Shown here in pieces: positions 56,401 to 64,000 of a stretch of 64,000 bases of DNA. Location: the UHGV virus genome UHGV-0343432, one strand, 5' to 3'. Made by a program: the position numbers and the translations under genes. This DNA is from a virus. Numbering within the stretch: position 1 is the first letter of the stretch; the number at the start of each line of letters is the position of its first letter. The notes under the pieces were generated by a model. That model was given only the letters and a program-made list of their open reading frames with translations, did no database searches and was not told the origin of the DNA.

Positions 56401-58239
56401 CACTGACCAGTTGGCTGGTTTTGTTGTTGAAGTTTCAGGTACATCCACATCAGGCATCTTAGCCGATGGTGTGAACGTTATCTCGATAGTGAGGAAATTA
56501 TTACTACTCGGGTCAAGAGTGGTAGATGTTATATCTATCTCATCACTTATCACTCCATTGATATCAGCTGCAGCCAAGGTTGTTTCTCCTATTACTGCAC
56601 CAGTTTTACCATTCTTAATTTGGATTTTTACAGAAGCCTGTTCATTCGCTAGTGTATTAAAATCCATCGAGTAATATAATTTGTTAGTTAGCTTAATTCT
56701 ATTAACTAGATCTCCAGTTAATATCACTGTCCCCTTGATTGAGTTTGTTGTCCCAGTCATCTGAGAACTCTGGTTGAGGAGTAAAGCGTTATTATCCCCA
56801 CCACAAGCAAAGGTTAAACCAACTCCGTAATTCCAATAAGGTGTCAAGGGTCTACCTGTTCCAGTACTACCTTGTACATACGTTGCATATATGGGGTTAC
56901 TGGTGTCAAGGATAGAGTAGTTGAATCCCTCTTTAGCCAAATCAAGGATTTGTTGTATCTGCTCGTAAATCAAAACCTCACCGGGTTTGTCACCAGTGTT
57001 GGATGAATTCAATTTTCCACTCTCGTTATACTTCGCTATTTTACCAGCAGTGGGAGTGGCAGTAGCTTCACTAACATCTTTGAAATGTTCTTTAGGGTAT
57101 AACCCATTCACTGAAGAAGTGGCAAGTGGTATCTCGAACCCATTACCAGCAGTGTTTGTGATTATGGCTTTCTTACCAGCTTCATTATACGTGTAATTGA
57201 GGTTTACCCACCACATAGTTTTACCGATGACTCTCCATTGAGAACCATCTTTCATGACTACATCACATGATTCAAATTCTTGTGATGTTATGGCGTCAGT
57301 AATAGTAGTGTTTGGTGTAGCTAATTTAGAAACGTAAAAGAAAGCCCCATCCTTATGTTCATTTATATTCGGTATCTGAGCTGAGTTGGAGGCTTCTCCG
57401 ATAAAGTGAGCCACTTTACCCATATCCCCAATCGCTGAATCTACCAAATCAAGGACAGCCTTCTGAATAGTTGCTCTGTAATATTTACCATCTGTACCCA
57501 ATACAAGTATCTGGTCATTGGCAACTACAGAGTTTTTACTTCCTTGTCTACCTATGATAGTATCAATATAGGCTTTCACTATCTTATTAGAGATAGCTTT
57601 TGCAGAAGTATCTGACATGGTTTGGTCCACTATCTCTGGGTGGGCGTTGGGATCAACCAAGTGTTCTTGAAACTCTTGAGATAATTCCTCTCCAGTTGTA
57701 CCAAGGTCATTGATTTGGTTCTGAAGGTCTTTGTCTTTGTCTTGCAACCTGGTGAACTCAGCATCATGTTTCGCTTCCAGGTCATCAAGAGCCTGTTGAG
57801 TAGCGTTTGATACTGGTTTATCCAAGTCAGAGGTGTTATCTACATTACCAAGACCCACATCAGCCTTAGTAAGGTTAATATCTTTATCTAACGTGTAACC
57901 GTTAATTTTTCTCGTGATAGGAACATATTTCAGTAACTCCTTGTATACCTGGTCTCCAGTTACAAAACCTTGTGAGTCCTGTACTACTGAGCCACTGAAA
58001 TACTCCTTGATTTGGTTAGGGGTCATTATCTCGGGTTCTTCGAGTTTACCCTGAACCATAAGTTGCTCATTTCCAGTTAGTGGCATCCCAATTAAGGGGA
58101 AACTATCTGGAAATATTACATAGTCTCTTCCACCAAGAGGTTCAGTAGCTTCTCTGCTACTTCTTAAGAAATAAGGAACGAACGGCTCATTGGAAGAAGG
58201 TTCTATGGGATATTTAGGATTATTCTTAAAATTACTCAT
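53494..58239 (-). CDS. long tail fibre protein (1581 aa) with phage-fibre repeats
   Basis: LTKADVGLGNVDNTSDLDKPVSNATQQAL is the conserved phage tail-fibre motif. KPTFATVATSGNYNDLNNKPTIP and KPTFATVATSGKYSDLSG...ATVATSGSYNDLTNKPTIP repeats occur. There is an internal duplication around GSAYYKMWDAANLPNP / GSSNYKVWDAYNLTNP. Confidence 0.75.
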   Translation of the reverse strand: MSNFKNNPKYPIEPSSNEPFVPYFLRSSREATEPLGGRDYVIFPDSFPLIGMPLTGNEQLMVQGKLEEPEIMTPNQIKEYFSGSVVQDSQGFVTGDQVYKELLKYVPITRKINGYTLDKDINLTKADVGLGNVDNTSDLDKPVSNATQQALDDLEAKHDAEFTRLQDKDKDLQNQINDLGTTGEELSQEFQEHLVDPNAHPEIVDQTMSDTSAKAISNKIVKAYIDTIIGRQGSKNSVVANDQILVLGTDGKYYRATIQKAVLDLVDSAIGDMGKVAHFIGEASNSAQIPNINEHKDGAFFYVSKLATPNTTITDAITSQEFESCDVVMKDGSQWRVIGKTMWWVNLNYTYNEAGKKAIITNTAGNGFEIPLATSSVNGLYPKEHFKDVSEATATPTAGKIAKYNESGKLNSSNTGDKPGEVLIYEQIQQILDLAKEGFNYSILDTSNPIYATYVQGSTGTGRPLTPYWNYGVGLTFACGGDNNALLLNQSSQMTGTTNSIKGTVILTGDLVNRIKLTNKLYYSMDFNTLANEQASVKIQIKNGKTGAVIGETTLAAADINGVISDEIDITSTTLDPSSNNFLTIEITFTPSAKMPDVDVPETSTTKPANWSVNKVDKLCISVEPIDDPSLNVVTQSELSRIQPILTHIADGNVHVTKQDKDTWDAKATEDFVLQKIQDLIGDAPDVLDTLEELAEALKNNPDIIDNILNDLTAIRTDYIPRAGGADHAMTGNLYVPENKTWVLGTAPTTSNNYLLARIISSGNDNGVNVGSNALPLVARTGGSMDVMHLKGSAYYKMWDAANLPNPVQTTDLAKYLPLAGGKMTGNVSFPVDKGIVGYDVPGTAAYTILGTIASGNNTRVGVGTINFPLHLRSTAEDIIHVRGSSNYKVWDAYNLTNPLEKGTADGLYYPLAGKGYFGFDALGRPVVQYNQGYSTKDQGGTPREIMWLAADTLKIGCSVNGWKPSSVMIRSNLLNEEGQPFYHQGNLPAYPTWATLSGKPTFATVATSGNYNDLNNKPTIPSIPGSLPNPYALTFTGYQSKTYNGSAAVSVAIPSKVSELTRDVDFAIRANDNNLTSHGNEFNMVGANVSSQTMAWNYRNGSGGYLTNGITNITFYSGNEAHTLSGLTAGLIQARNGLQIGATADYGWYLAAGSRIAAGYNTARGVNVKDLLISDSWDDYSKVPTNGIYSKGNINIMNSKTINFRGNNFSSYGGGIGYDSQGNECVAIWAKQSVTRLRWHAGLDLTKGVTANSMMGITPDFEVSKSSGDVRGFLAGKLIAIRAINPTLFNPNAIFHDLGGYTTQTSSVTGAMTIQLPYGATSTMAHYLITLFNYQTGTSSRIHVWVYNYNSGSGRIVNPTVVVLGSPQKVRIGYYNSKLSIIIGDVSTSWKYPQVWVNEVDRGYNSYSSVLTNVTVSYLTDISSVIALTEPDQTKFPVSWGEVTGKPTTFPPSSHTHTKSQITDFPTSMPASDVYSWAKQAQKPAYSWSEISSKPTFATVATSGKYSDLSGTPNLATVATSGSYNDLTNKPTIPTVPTKVSQLENDSKYVKSTSTLRVNDIQVATADGGAAGVLYIILES

Positions 58240-58251
58240 GGCTTTAAGACT

Positions 58252-58294
58252 TTTTAAACGAAAAGACCGAGTTAACTACAAGAGCAACTCGGTC
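58252..58294 (-). terminator. intrinsic terminator between the head-gene cluster and the long tail fibre gene
   Basis: GACCGAGTT-N12-AACTCGGTC forms a 9-bp perfect stem. On the minus strand it is followed by TTTTCGTTTAAAAAG. Confidence 0.6.
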
Positions 58295-58322
58295 CAGTGA
58301 CAACATATTGATAGTGTTTAAT

Positions 58323-58883
58323 TTACTTTTCCTCTTCGGTCTCCTCTTCAGAGTTTTTCTCGAGTTGATAAGCGTAATCACGTTTCTCTTCAAATGACAG
58401 AGCCTTGAAAGATTTTTGTTCTTTCTTCTCCAACTCGTATGTTTCAAGGACGTAATTCGTAAGCTCCTCTTCTGTTTTAGCAAAAACATCCTCTTTACCG
58501 GTAGAAAGCAACTCCACTCTCGCATTCAGAATCGTATTCTCTTGAGTGAGCTTCTTTACAGCCTCAGCTGCTTCTGCCATACCCTTGGTAAGGTTTTCGA
58601 TTTGTTCATTTGCGGTATTCAACTCCGCTAAAATTTGAGCAGCTTCTTCTTTCTCAACTTTTATACCGGTGGGAGCTTTTTGACCCATTTTCTCCATGTA
58701 AGCCTCTACCTCTTCCGGAGAAGCTATACGGATATGGCCATTACTGAGAGCAGTTACGAAGGTGTTATCCATCATAGCTCTATCAGGAAATTCTTTGATT
58801 TCACCTGGAACCAACTTAAACCTAAGGATAGGTGAGTAAAAGCTCAATGCTTTGGCCCCTAATCTAGCATATTGTTTTGCCAT
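58323..58883 (-). CDS. coiled-coil acidic protein downstream of the major capsid gene (head-associated)
   Basis: 186 aa with a long heptad region (LAELNTANEQIENLTKGMAEAAEAVKKLTQEN...). Confidence 0.4.
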   Translation of the reverse strand: MAKQYARLGAKALSFYSPILRFKLVPGEIKEFPDRAMMDNTFVTALSNGHIRIASPEEVEAYMEKMGQKAPTGIKVEKEEAAQILAELNTANEQIENLTKGMAEAAEAVKKLTQENTILNARVELLSTGKEDVFAKTEEELTNYVLETYELEKKEQKSFKALSFEEKRDYAYQLEKNSEEETEEEK

Positions 58884-58931
58884 AATTATAATTTTATTGT
58901 CCGTACTCTATATTTTTACTAGAAACGAGTA

Positions 58932-58957
58932 TGGGGAAGGTATTTTCCCTCCCCATT
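58932..58957 (-). terminator. possible attenuator hairpin after the major capsid gene
   Basis: ATGGGGAAGG-tatttt-CCCTCCCCAT forms a 10-bp stem with one mismatch and no clean U-tract. Confidence 0.3.
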
Positions 58958-58965
58958 AACTCATT

Positions 58966-60084
58966 TTAGTTTTTCAGCTCAACAATTTGTTTGGTGTCAA
59001 TATCGAAAGCTGGCGGGAAACCTGCAGTTGCAAAGTCTTTGGTCTTATCCAAGATAAGGACAGAGTCAGCCCAAAGTTTGGCGAATCCAACTTGCAGAGA
59101 AGCATAGAAGGCCTCAGTTTGGTTTGAAACGATTCTCTCAGATTCAACCTTCAATGGGAACCCGTTCAATTTCAAGAGAGCGGCTGCCTTGTCAATCATC
59201 AAGATTTGGTCGTCATCCACTGCACCATGGATAAAGAAATCCAAATTCTGCGGAATCGGAGTTTTAATGTTTAAGTTTGCACGAGTCGTACCTGATTCAC
59301 GTTGGCTGAACTCCGGTAAATCCAAGATGTCGATTGCCATATCTTCACCACCAATCAAGGTAGTCGGGATACGACCCAAACGAGACATCCGAACCAAAAT
59401 CTTCAGCAAATCACGGTAAGTAACTGTGTTCTGAGTTTTAACCCCGATAACCGGAGCAGCTTCAGAACCATCCTTCTGTTCTCCATTGATAGCACACTCG
59501 ATAGCCAATCCGTCAACTACATGTCCAAGCAATACTCCGAAATCCTCCAAGAAGATAGAAACAAGGTTCAGAGAAGAATACATCTTAATCTCATCAGTTA
59601 ATGAGATACCACGACCAATTTTGAACATGGTATATTCTTTCTGACCGAAAGAAACAGCTCCTAACGGAATTGTCTCAGCCTCATTCACTTTTCTCGGAGC
59701 AGCATCTGACATGTTGATGAAAGGTACTTTCATAACGGGACCAGACATTTGCTCTTCTCCCCGGATGATGTTCGGATAAATGGGTGCTCCACGATAACCT
59801 TTTCTCAAAGCTGCACGGAAAATCTCCGGTACAATCCAACGGATTTGGTCAACCTCTGCTTGGTTCAAAATCATGGATACAGTATCTTGGTTCGGGTTAA
59901 TACCCATCTTGTACAGATAGGAATCCCATTCCATATTATATCTCAATTTCACATAATCCTCAACAAGGACATCATTTGGTCTTTGAGGATCAAAACGCAA
60001 GGCATTCAACTCATCGAATACCGTTTTAACTTCCTGGCGGAGTTTGGTTCTCTCAGCCTTTTGTTCTGCTGTTAACTGAATCAT
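58966..60084 (-). CDS. major capsid protein
   Basis: 372 aa, immediately after the protease-scaffold and decoration-like genes. Size and position are typical of an HK97-fold MCP. Confidence 0.55.
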   Translation of the reverse strand: MIQLTAEQKAERTKLRQEVKTVFDELNALRFDPQRPNDVLVEDYVKLRYNMEWDSYLYKMGINPNQDTVSMILNQAEVDQIRWIVPEIFRAALRKGYRGAPIYPNIIRGEEQMSGPVMKVPFINMSDAAPRKVNEAETIPLGAVSFGQKEYTMFKIGRGISLTDEIKMYSSLNLVSIFLEDFGVLLGHVVDGLAIECAINGEQKDGSEAAPVIGVKTQNTVTYRDLLKILVRMSRLGRIPTTLIGGEDMAIDILDLPEFSQRESGTTRANLNIKTPIPQNLDFFIHGAVDDDQILMIDKAAALLKLNGFPLKVESERIVSNQTEAFYASLQVGFAKLWADSVLILDKTKDFATAGFPPAFDIDTKQIVELKN

Positions 60085-60115
60085 TTTATTTTCGTATTAT
60101 AAGTTTCACGTTTCT

Positions 60116-60613
60116 TTAGGCAACAGTTACACTGATAGGTGCATCCAATACAAGGATACGCATTTCAGGAGTGTTGTCGTTCTCACAAGGTTCCATAGCA
60201 ATGGCTACCGCTTCACCAGTTGCTGCCAACTTCGTTGCAATCAAGTGGGCATAGTGACCAAGAGCTGTTTCCGGGAATGTAGCCGGTACTCCGTCTTCTC
60301 TCATTACAGTTACTGCATCACCAGCTTTGAAAGCTCCGGATGATTCTGCATAAAGCATCACGTGTGAAATGAGGATTGATACCGTGGTAACTCCCCCTGC
60401 AACTGCTCCGTCCAAAAGGTTGATACCGATATATCTACCAGTTCCGTCATTCACGTATGATTTGATTGTACCTTCCGGCATCAGCATCACTGGTTCACCG
60501 GGAAGAATAGGTTTTGTCTGGGCTGTATCAACCACAAATTGGTTGGCCATTTTGTCCTGTTCTCTTTTGTAAATAGCGGTAAACGAAAGTCCACCGAATT
60601 GATCTCCGTACAT
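60116..60613 (-). CDS. head decoration / auxiliary capsid protein candidate
   Basis: 165 aa, Gly/Ala/Val-rich, between the protease-scaffold and MCP genes. Confidence 0.3.
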   Translation of the reverse strand: MYGDQFGGLSFTAIYKREQDKMANQFVVDTAQTKPILPGEPVMLMPEGTIKSYVNDGTGRYIGINLLDGAVAGGVTTVSILISHVMLYAESSGAFKAGDAVTVMREDGVPATFPETALGHYAHLIATKLAATGEAVAIAMEPCENDNTPEMRILVLDAPISVTVA

Positions 60614-60673
60614 AATATCGAATTTTTGATTGTTATTAATTTCCTGCAGTTAAATAAACTCGGGTCTAGAAGA

Positions 60674-62128
60674 TTACTTATTCTCTCCCTTAAAGTCTCT
60701 CTGGTAGATGAAATGTTCACGGATCTCATCCAGAGTTTTCACCCCCTCGTTCTTTTTGTCTTTGTCTTCCTGGTTGTCATTTCCCTTGAATGAAGCCCTA
60801 GAAATATCGTGACCTCCACAGGCTTGACATGTAAGCGGTGCATCTTTCTCAACTTGAGTCTGATACTGAGAAAGTAGAGCTTTTGCCTCCTTCACATCAG
60901 CCTTGTTGATAAGTGCAAGTATAGCTTCATCCTCTTCTTTACCTTCTTCCAAACTCAGTTTGTAGAAGTTTGTAGCCTCAGTTCTCAAGTTATTGAGATA
61001 CTCTTCACCGGCATTGATGAATGACTCTTTCTCTTTCAAAGCTCTCAACTCGGTTAACTCAGTAACCATAGTGGAGAATGATTCCTGGATTTTGTCCCAA
61101 CCAGTAATATCACCTAGCTTCAGAGAAGCAGGGTCTACCAGTTTGTCTTGATTAACCTTGTATTGTTCAAGGTTAGTCTTAATGTTCTCAGCTGTCAAAC
61201 CTGATAAACCAAGGGTTTGAGAAGCCAAATTAATGATCTCTTCTGGGGTCATAACTTTTTGATTATCCTGATTAATATTTAATTTGAACAAACCATTGAA
61301 GCTGTTCGTCTCCTCATTTAGAACAGACTTAAGATTCCTCCAATCTACATTGTAAGCAAAATTGGTCTGGTCTACTTTTACAGATTGTGATGATGCAAAG
61401 TTAGGTAACACGATTTTACCGTTCTCATCAAGTTTCTTCGCAAAGGGGTCTGCCCCATGAGATACCAAAGATAACTCCATGTAATACATAATCTCAGTGG
61501 CTATCTTACGAACCAATTGACCTTTCTCATCGTAAGTACCCATTTTCTCGTAGAACTCCCACTCTTTCTCAAACTGATGAGAAGGCTTCCACCTGTAAAC
61601 TACAGTACATGAAACTGAATGGATAGAAGGTGGATCCATGTTTATACCCCTTGCAATATTGGGGTGAGACTTAGCATCTATCTTCAAACGGGCATTGATT
61701 CCAGCCGGGATAGTTTTATCTCCAACTTTGTAGGCTTCTTGCCATACATTATCAACTACTGCCCCAAGCTCGTTACCAACCTGCATATCATGGTTGGGAT
61801 ATACAGACTGACCAACCATCAAACCCATTGATTTCTTCAGTACCTCAACAGGGAACTCTATCAGGCCTCTACCAGATATAACCACTGTGTTTGATAGCAT
61901 TCTGAATAGTGGTTGGATAAATTCCCCATCTTTAGCTGTAAAGTCATCCTCTTTAGCTTCTGGGTAATAGGTATTAAATGCAGGTGGGTCATTCCAGAAT
62001 CCGAAACTCGATTGGTCCTTCATGTTTTGACCCAACTCCTGTTTAAGTGGAAGTTGGGTCGGTATATTAGATGCAATCAGAGATCGAATTCCACAAAGTG
62101 TAACCTGCTCCTCGTAAAAATCTCTCAT
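60674..62128 (-). CDS. prohead protease (HK97/S78 family) fused to a C-terminal coiled-coil scaffolding domain
   Basis: MELSLVSHGADPFAKK matches the Peptidase_S78 signature IElSlVs.PAnp.A. The C-terminal ~200 aa are coiled-coil. Confidence 0.55.
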   Translation of the reverse strand: MRDFYEEQVTLCGIRSLIASNIPTQLPLKQELGQNMKDQSSFGFWNDPPAFNTYYPEAKEDDFTAKDGEFIQPLFRMLSNTVVISGRGLIEFPVEVLKKSMGLMVGQSVYPNHDMQVGNELGAVVDNVWQEAYKVGDKTIPAGINARLKIDAKSHPNIARGINMDPPSIHSVSCTVVYRWKPSHQFEKEWEFYEKMGTYDEKGQLVRKIATEIMYYMELSLVSHGADPFAKKLDENGKIVLPNFASSQSVKVDQTNFAYNVDWRNLKSVLNEETNSFNGLFKLNINQDNQKVMTPEEIINLASQTLGLSGLTAENIKTNLEQYKVNQDKLVDPASLKLGDITGWDKIQESFSTMVTELTELRALKEKESFINAGEEYLNNLRTEATNFYKLSLEEGKEEDEAILALINKADVKEAKALLSQYQTQVEKDAPLTCQACGGHDISRASFKGNDNQEDKDKKNEGVKTLDEIREHFIYQRDFKGENK

Positions 62129-62129
62129 A

Positions 62130-63569
62130 TCATTTCACTTTTGGTTGTGGTTTATTTTTCTCCCGAGTCCTCTTATCAGACTCATCTTTTTCTTTCTCTC
62201 TCGTTTGTTGAGCTCCATTCTCCTCAATGGGTGCTCTCGGTTCTTTTTGGGCTGGGGCATCATAACCTAACTCATCAGCAGCTTGCTCTTGAGATATAAT
62301 ACCCATCATGTATTTGTTAGATACATTCCTGATCTTGTATTCCTCTGCTTGCTCTGTTTTGAGTAAGTCTGTGATTGTAGAAGGATTAAACTCTACTCTC
62401 AAGGTTTTGAACTTGAATCCAGCCAACAATAGCTCATATTTATAACCAACCTCCAAGTCAGCTGCAACTATACTCTGGACAGCCCTTAGTTGAGATAACA
62501 TCTTGGTAAAGATAATACTCAACCCTGTTTCCGTACCTCCATTGGTTTTTAACCCCATGAATGTTCCAGGATATTTGAGAGAGTTAGCTACCTTACGTTG
62601 AGCTTCTGAATATAGGTCTGCAACACCATTCATATCCTTGGTTGTGGAATGGAACTCGAAATTGTGGTCATCATTGTAACCAGTTACCACTCCATTAGAT
62701 ACTCCCTTCATAATCTCAGCTTGAGTTTTACGTAGGAAAGCATCTAACTTACCGAGGTATGCAGAATCACTCTCACCGTCTTCTTGAGTAGGTTTCTCAA
62801 CTTTAACTTCAAGGAATCCAATAAGACCCATCAAAGTTAAGAGGTTGTCAACGTTCTCATCCATCCGGTATAACTTGGCTATGGTTCTCAATGCAGGTAA
62901 CCAAGGTGGAATCCCATAAGGTACTTCTGAGAACCCATTTATAGCGAAGTACTTGTAGGTTCTCTGGTTCAGTTTCAGGTAAAAGTCTTTAGGAAGTGTT
63001 ACTGGATTACCACCATTGGTACCCACTACATATTGGTACGGGAAATAACGTTGTTTTCTAGAATCATATACCCAACGTATATTCTCTGGAGCAACCATGA
63101 TACATGATTTAACTCCTTTCAAATCGTTGTCAATCACCCACTCATTTGAGATACAACCAGTAAGATAGGCCTGTGCTATAAGTTTACTGACAAAGTTATC
63201 CATGTTAGCAACTCCATCAACCCAAGTTTTACTTTTCTCAGAGAGGTGATCTCTCATTCTCTTCACTTGGTCTGCAGGTACCTGTGGGTCGAATTTGATT
63301 TTGTGGCCAGTGTTAGTTAATAACACCAAGTCATTTAACGCTAAAGAAAGGTTATCATCCATAATAGCCAGTTTCCTTATCTGGGGTAATACCTTCAATA
63401 GTAGGTCTGATACGATTAGTTTTTTGCTCGGAGATAACTCATTCACAAAAAATTCATTACCAAGCCCAATATCTAAATATGTAGACCTCCCTGTTGGGAG
63501 AGATCTGGGATTGGTAGTTACATCCATTACAGAACCTCCTGCAAAGGCTTTGTTTTTAAGCTTTACCAT
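62130..63569 (-). CDS. portal protein
   Basis: 479 aa, between the terminase and protease-scaffold genes, with a charged C-terminal tail. Assigned by synteny and size. Confidence 0.5.
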   Translation of the reverse strand: MVKLKNKAFAGGSVMDVTTNPRSLPTGRSTYLDIGLGNEFFVNELSPSKKLIVSDLLLKVLPQIRKLAIMDDNLSLALNDLVLLTNTGHKIKFDPQVPADQVKRMRDHLSEKSKTWVDGVANMDNFVSKLIAQAYLTGCISNEWVIDNDLKGVKSCIMVAPENIRWVYDSRKQRYFPYQYVVGTNGGNPVTLPKDFYLKLNQRTYKYFAINGFSEVPYGIPPWLPALRTIAKLYRMDENVDNLLTLMGLIGFLEVKVEKPTQEDGESDSAYLGKLDAFLRKTQAEIMKGVSNGVVTGYNDDHNFEFHSTTKDMNGVADLYSEAQRKVANSLKYPGTFMGLKTNGGTETGLSIIFTKMLSQLRAVQSIVAADLEVGYKYELLLAGFKFKTLRVEFNPSTITDLLKTEQAEEYKIRNVSNKYMMGIISQEQAADELGYDAPAQKEPRAPIEENGAQQTREKEKDESDKRTREKNKPQPKVK

Positions 63570-63570
63570 A

Positions 63571-64000
63571 TTAAATCGGATTTGTTACTAAGTTTTTCTT
63601 GCCTTTTCTGATATAATTAGTTATGGCTTTAGCCATTATGCAGTCATCTGTGTAAACCGCATCATCTTCATAGAGGTTATCATCGTTTGCCTTATCTTTA
63701 CCCATGGCAACTGGCCTGTTCCTTGAGTCAAAGATAAACGTATAAGACTCATCTACAAAGAATTTGTCGATTATGCTAACGTTGTCAAAACGAATATCTT
63801 CCTCTAACTCATCTATAATAATTGGTCTAGTAGAGGTGGTTGTATACCATCCTGGAATATCTTCTGCTTCAGGCTTGCTTTTACCCTTCTTTTTCAAGAG
63901 TTTTTTAGCGTAGTATAGATTAGGATAGCCATGGTCCTGAATCTTAGATGTTACTGCCAAACCAATATCGTTTGATTCTGGTGCTATCAAAGCATTATTG
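63571..64000 (-). CDS. terminase large subunit, C-terminal part (the gene continues beyond the window end)
   Basis: The C-terminus ...NLYEDDAVYTDDCIMAKAITNYI resembles the terminase RNase-H-like nuclease terminal acidic motif. The frame is open to position 64000. Confidence 0.45.
   Translation of the reverse strand, partial: NNALIAPESNDIGLAVTSKIQDHGYPNLYYAKKLLKKKGKSKPEAEDIPGWYTTTSTRPIIIDELEEDIRFDNVSIIDKFFVDESYTFIFDSRNRPVAMGKDKANDDNLYEDDAVYTDDCIMAKAITNYIRKGKKNLVTNPI

Noticed and set aside
58244-58525. Very basic 93-aa ORF (RRKNKNLSRL...KRRPKRKSK) overlapping the coiled-coil gene.
   Set aside because: It is an alternative frame of the 58323..58883 gene plus the terminator hairpin. The basic composition reflects the A-rich codons of the other frame, and no independent start signal is present.
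33190-64000. Searched for a reverse transcriptase or DGR template/variable repeat near the fibre genes, and for tRNA genes in intergenic gaps.
   Set aside because: No RT motifs (YxDD) appear in any frame of adequate length. The fibre repeats are in-frame protein repeats rather than TR/VR nucleotide pairs. No cloverleaf-capable 70-90-nt GC-richer islands were seen in the gaps.

Overview
This window reads as a contiguous segment of a large, AT-rich, tailed dsDNA phage genome with a contractile tail (myovirus-like). It is not a bacterial chromosome. Nearly every gene is on the minus strand, with one convergent plus-strand gene at 32483..33121. Three modules are recognisable.

(1) 1..9300 is an early/accessory region of small novel ORFs. 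These are arranged in short operons, each preceded by a highly conserved promoter cassette. On the minus strand it reads GGTAATTAAGGATTTGCAT-N~20-TATATTTGCATTGCATTTAAT, which matches the Bacteroidetes sigma-A consensus (-33 TTTG / -7 TAnnTTTG). The host is therefore probably a member of the Bacteroidota.

(2) 9339..32320 is a T4-like replication, recombination and nucleotide-metabolism module. It contains a NusG-like factor, an Hjc-like resolvase, Rad50/Mre11, a dNMP-kinase-like P-loop protein, a FEN, a UvsX/RecA recombinase, an SSB-like protein and an ATP-dependent ligase. It also contains a family-A DNA polymerase interrupted by an HNH-type intein, two thymidylate-synthase-fold paralogs, a MazG-like NTP pyrophosphatase, GroES, an SF2 helicase, a DnaG-type primase, a DnaB-family helicase and two free-standing HNH homing endonucleases.

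(3) 33190..64000 is a P2/Mu-style morphogenesis module. It encodes terminase (partial), portal, protease-scaffold, a decoration-like protein and the major capsid. Downstream are a 1581-aa tail fibre, neck proteins, sheath, tube, tape measure, a LysM protein, gpD-like and gpV-like spike proteins, gp25/W-like and J-like baseplate proteins, and a side fibre.

The most interesting inferred system is a candidate DNA hypermodification pathway. It comprises two non-canonical ThyA-fold pyrimidine hydroxymethylase-like proteins, a MazG-type dNTPase and a dNMP kinase. Second is a transcription-takeover kit made of a phage NusG/UpxY-like factor, a sigma-like protein and an extended conserved promoter family. 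All functional calls come from motif-level reading of the translated ORFs and need homology searches to confirm.
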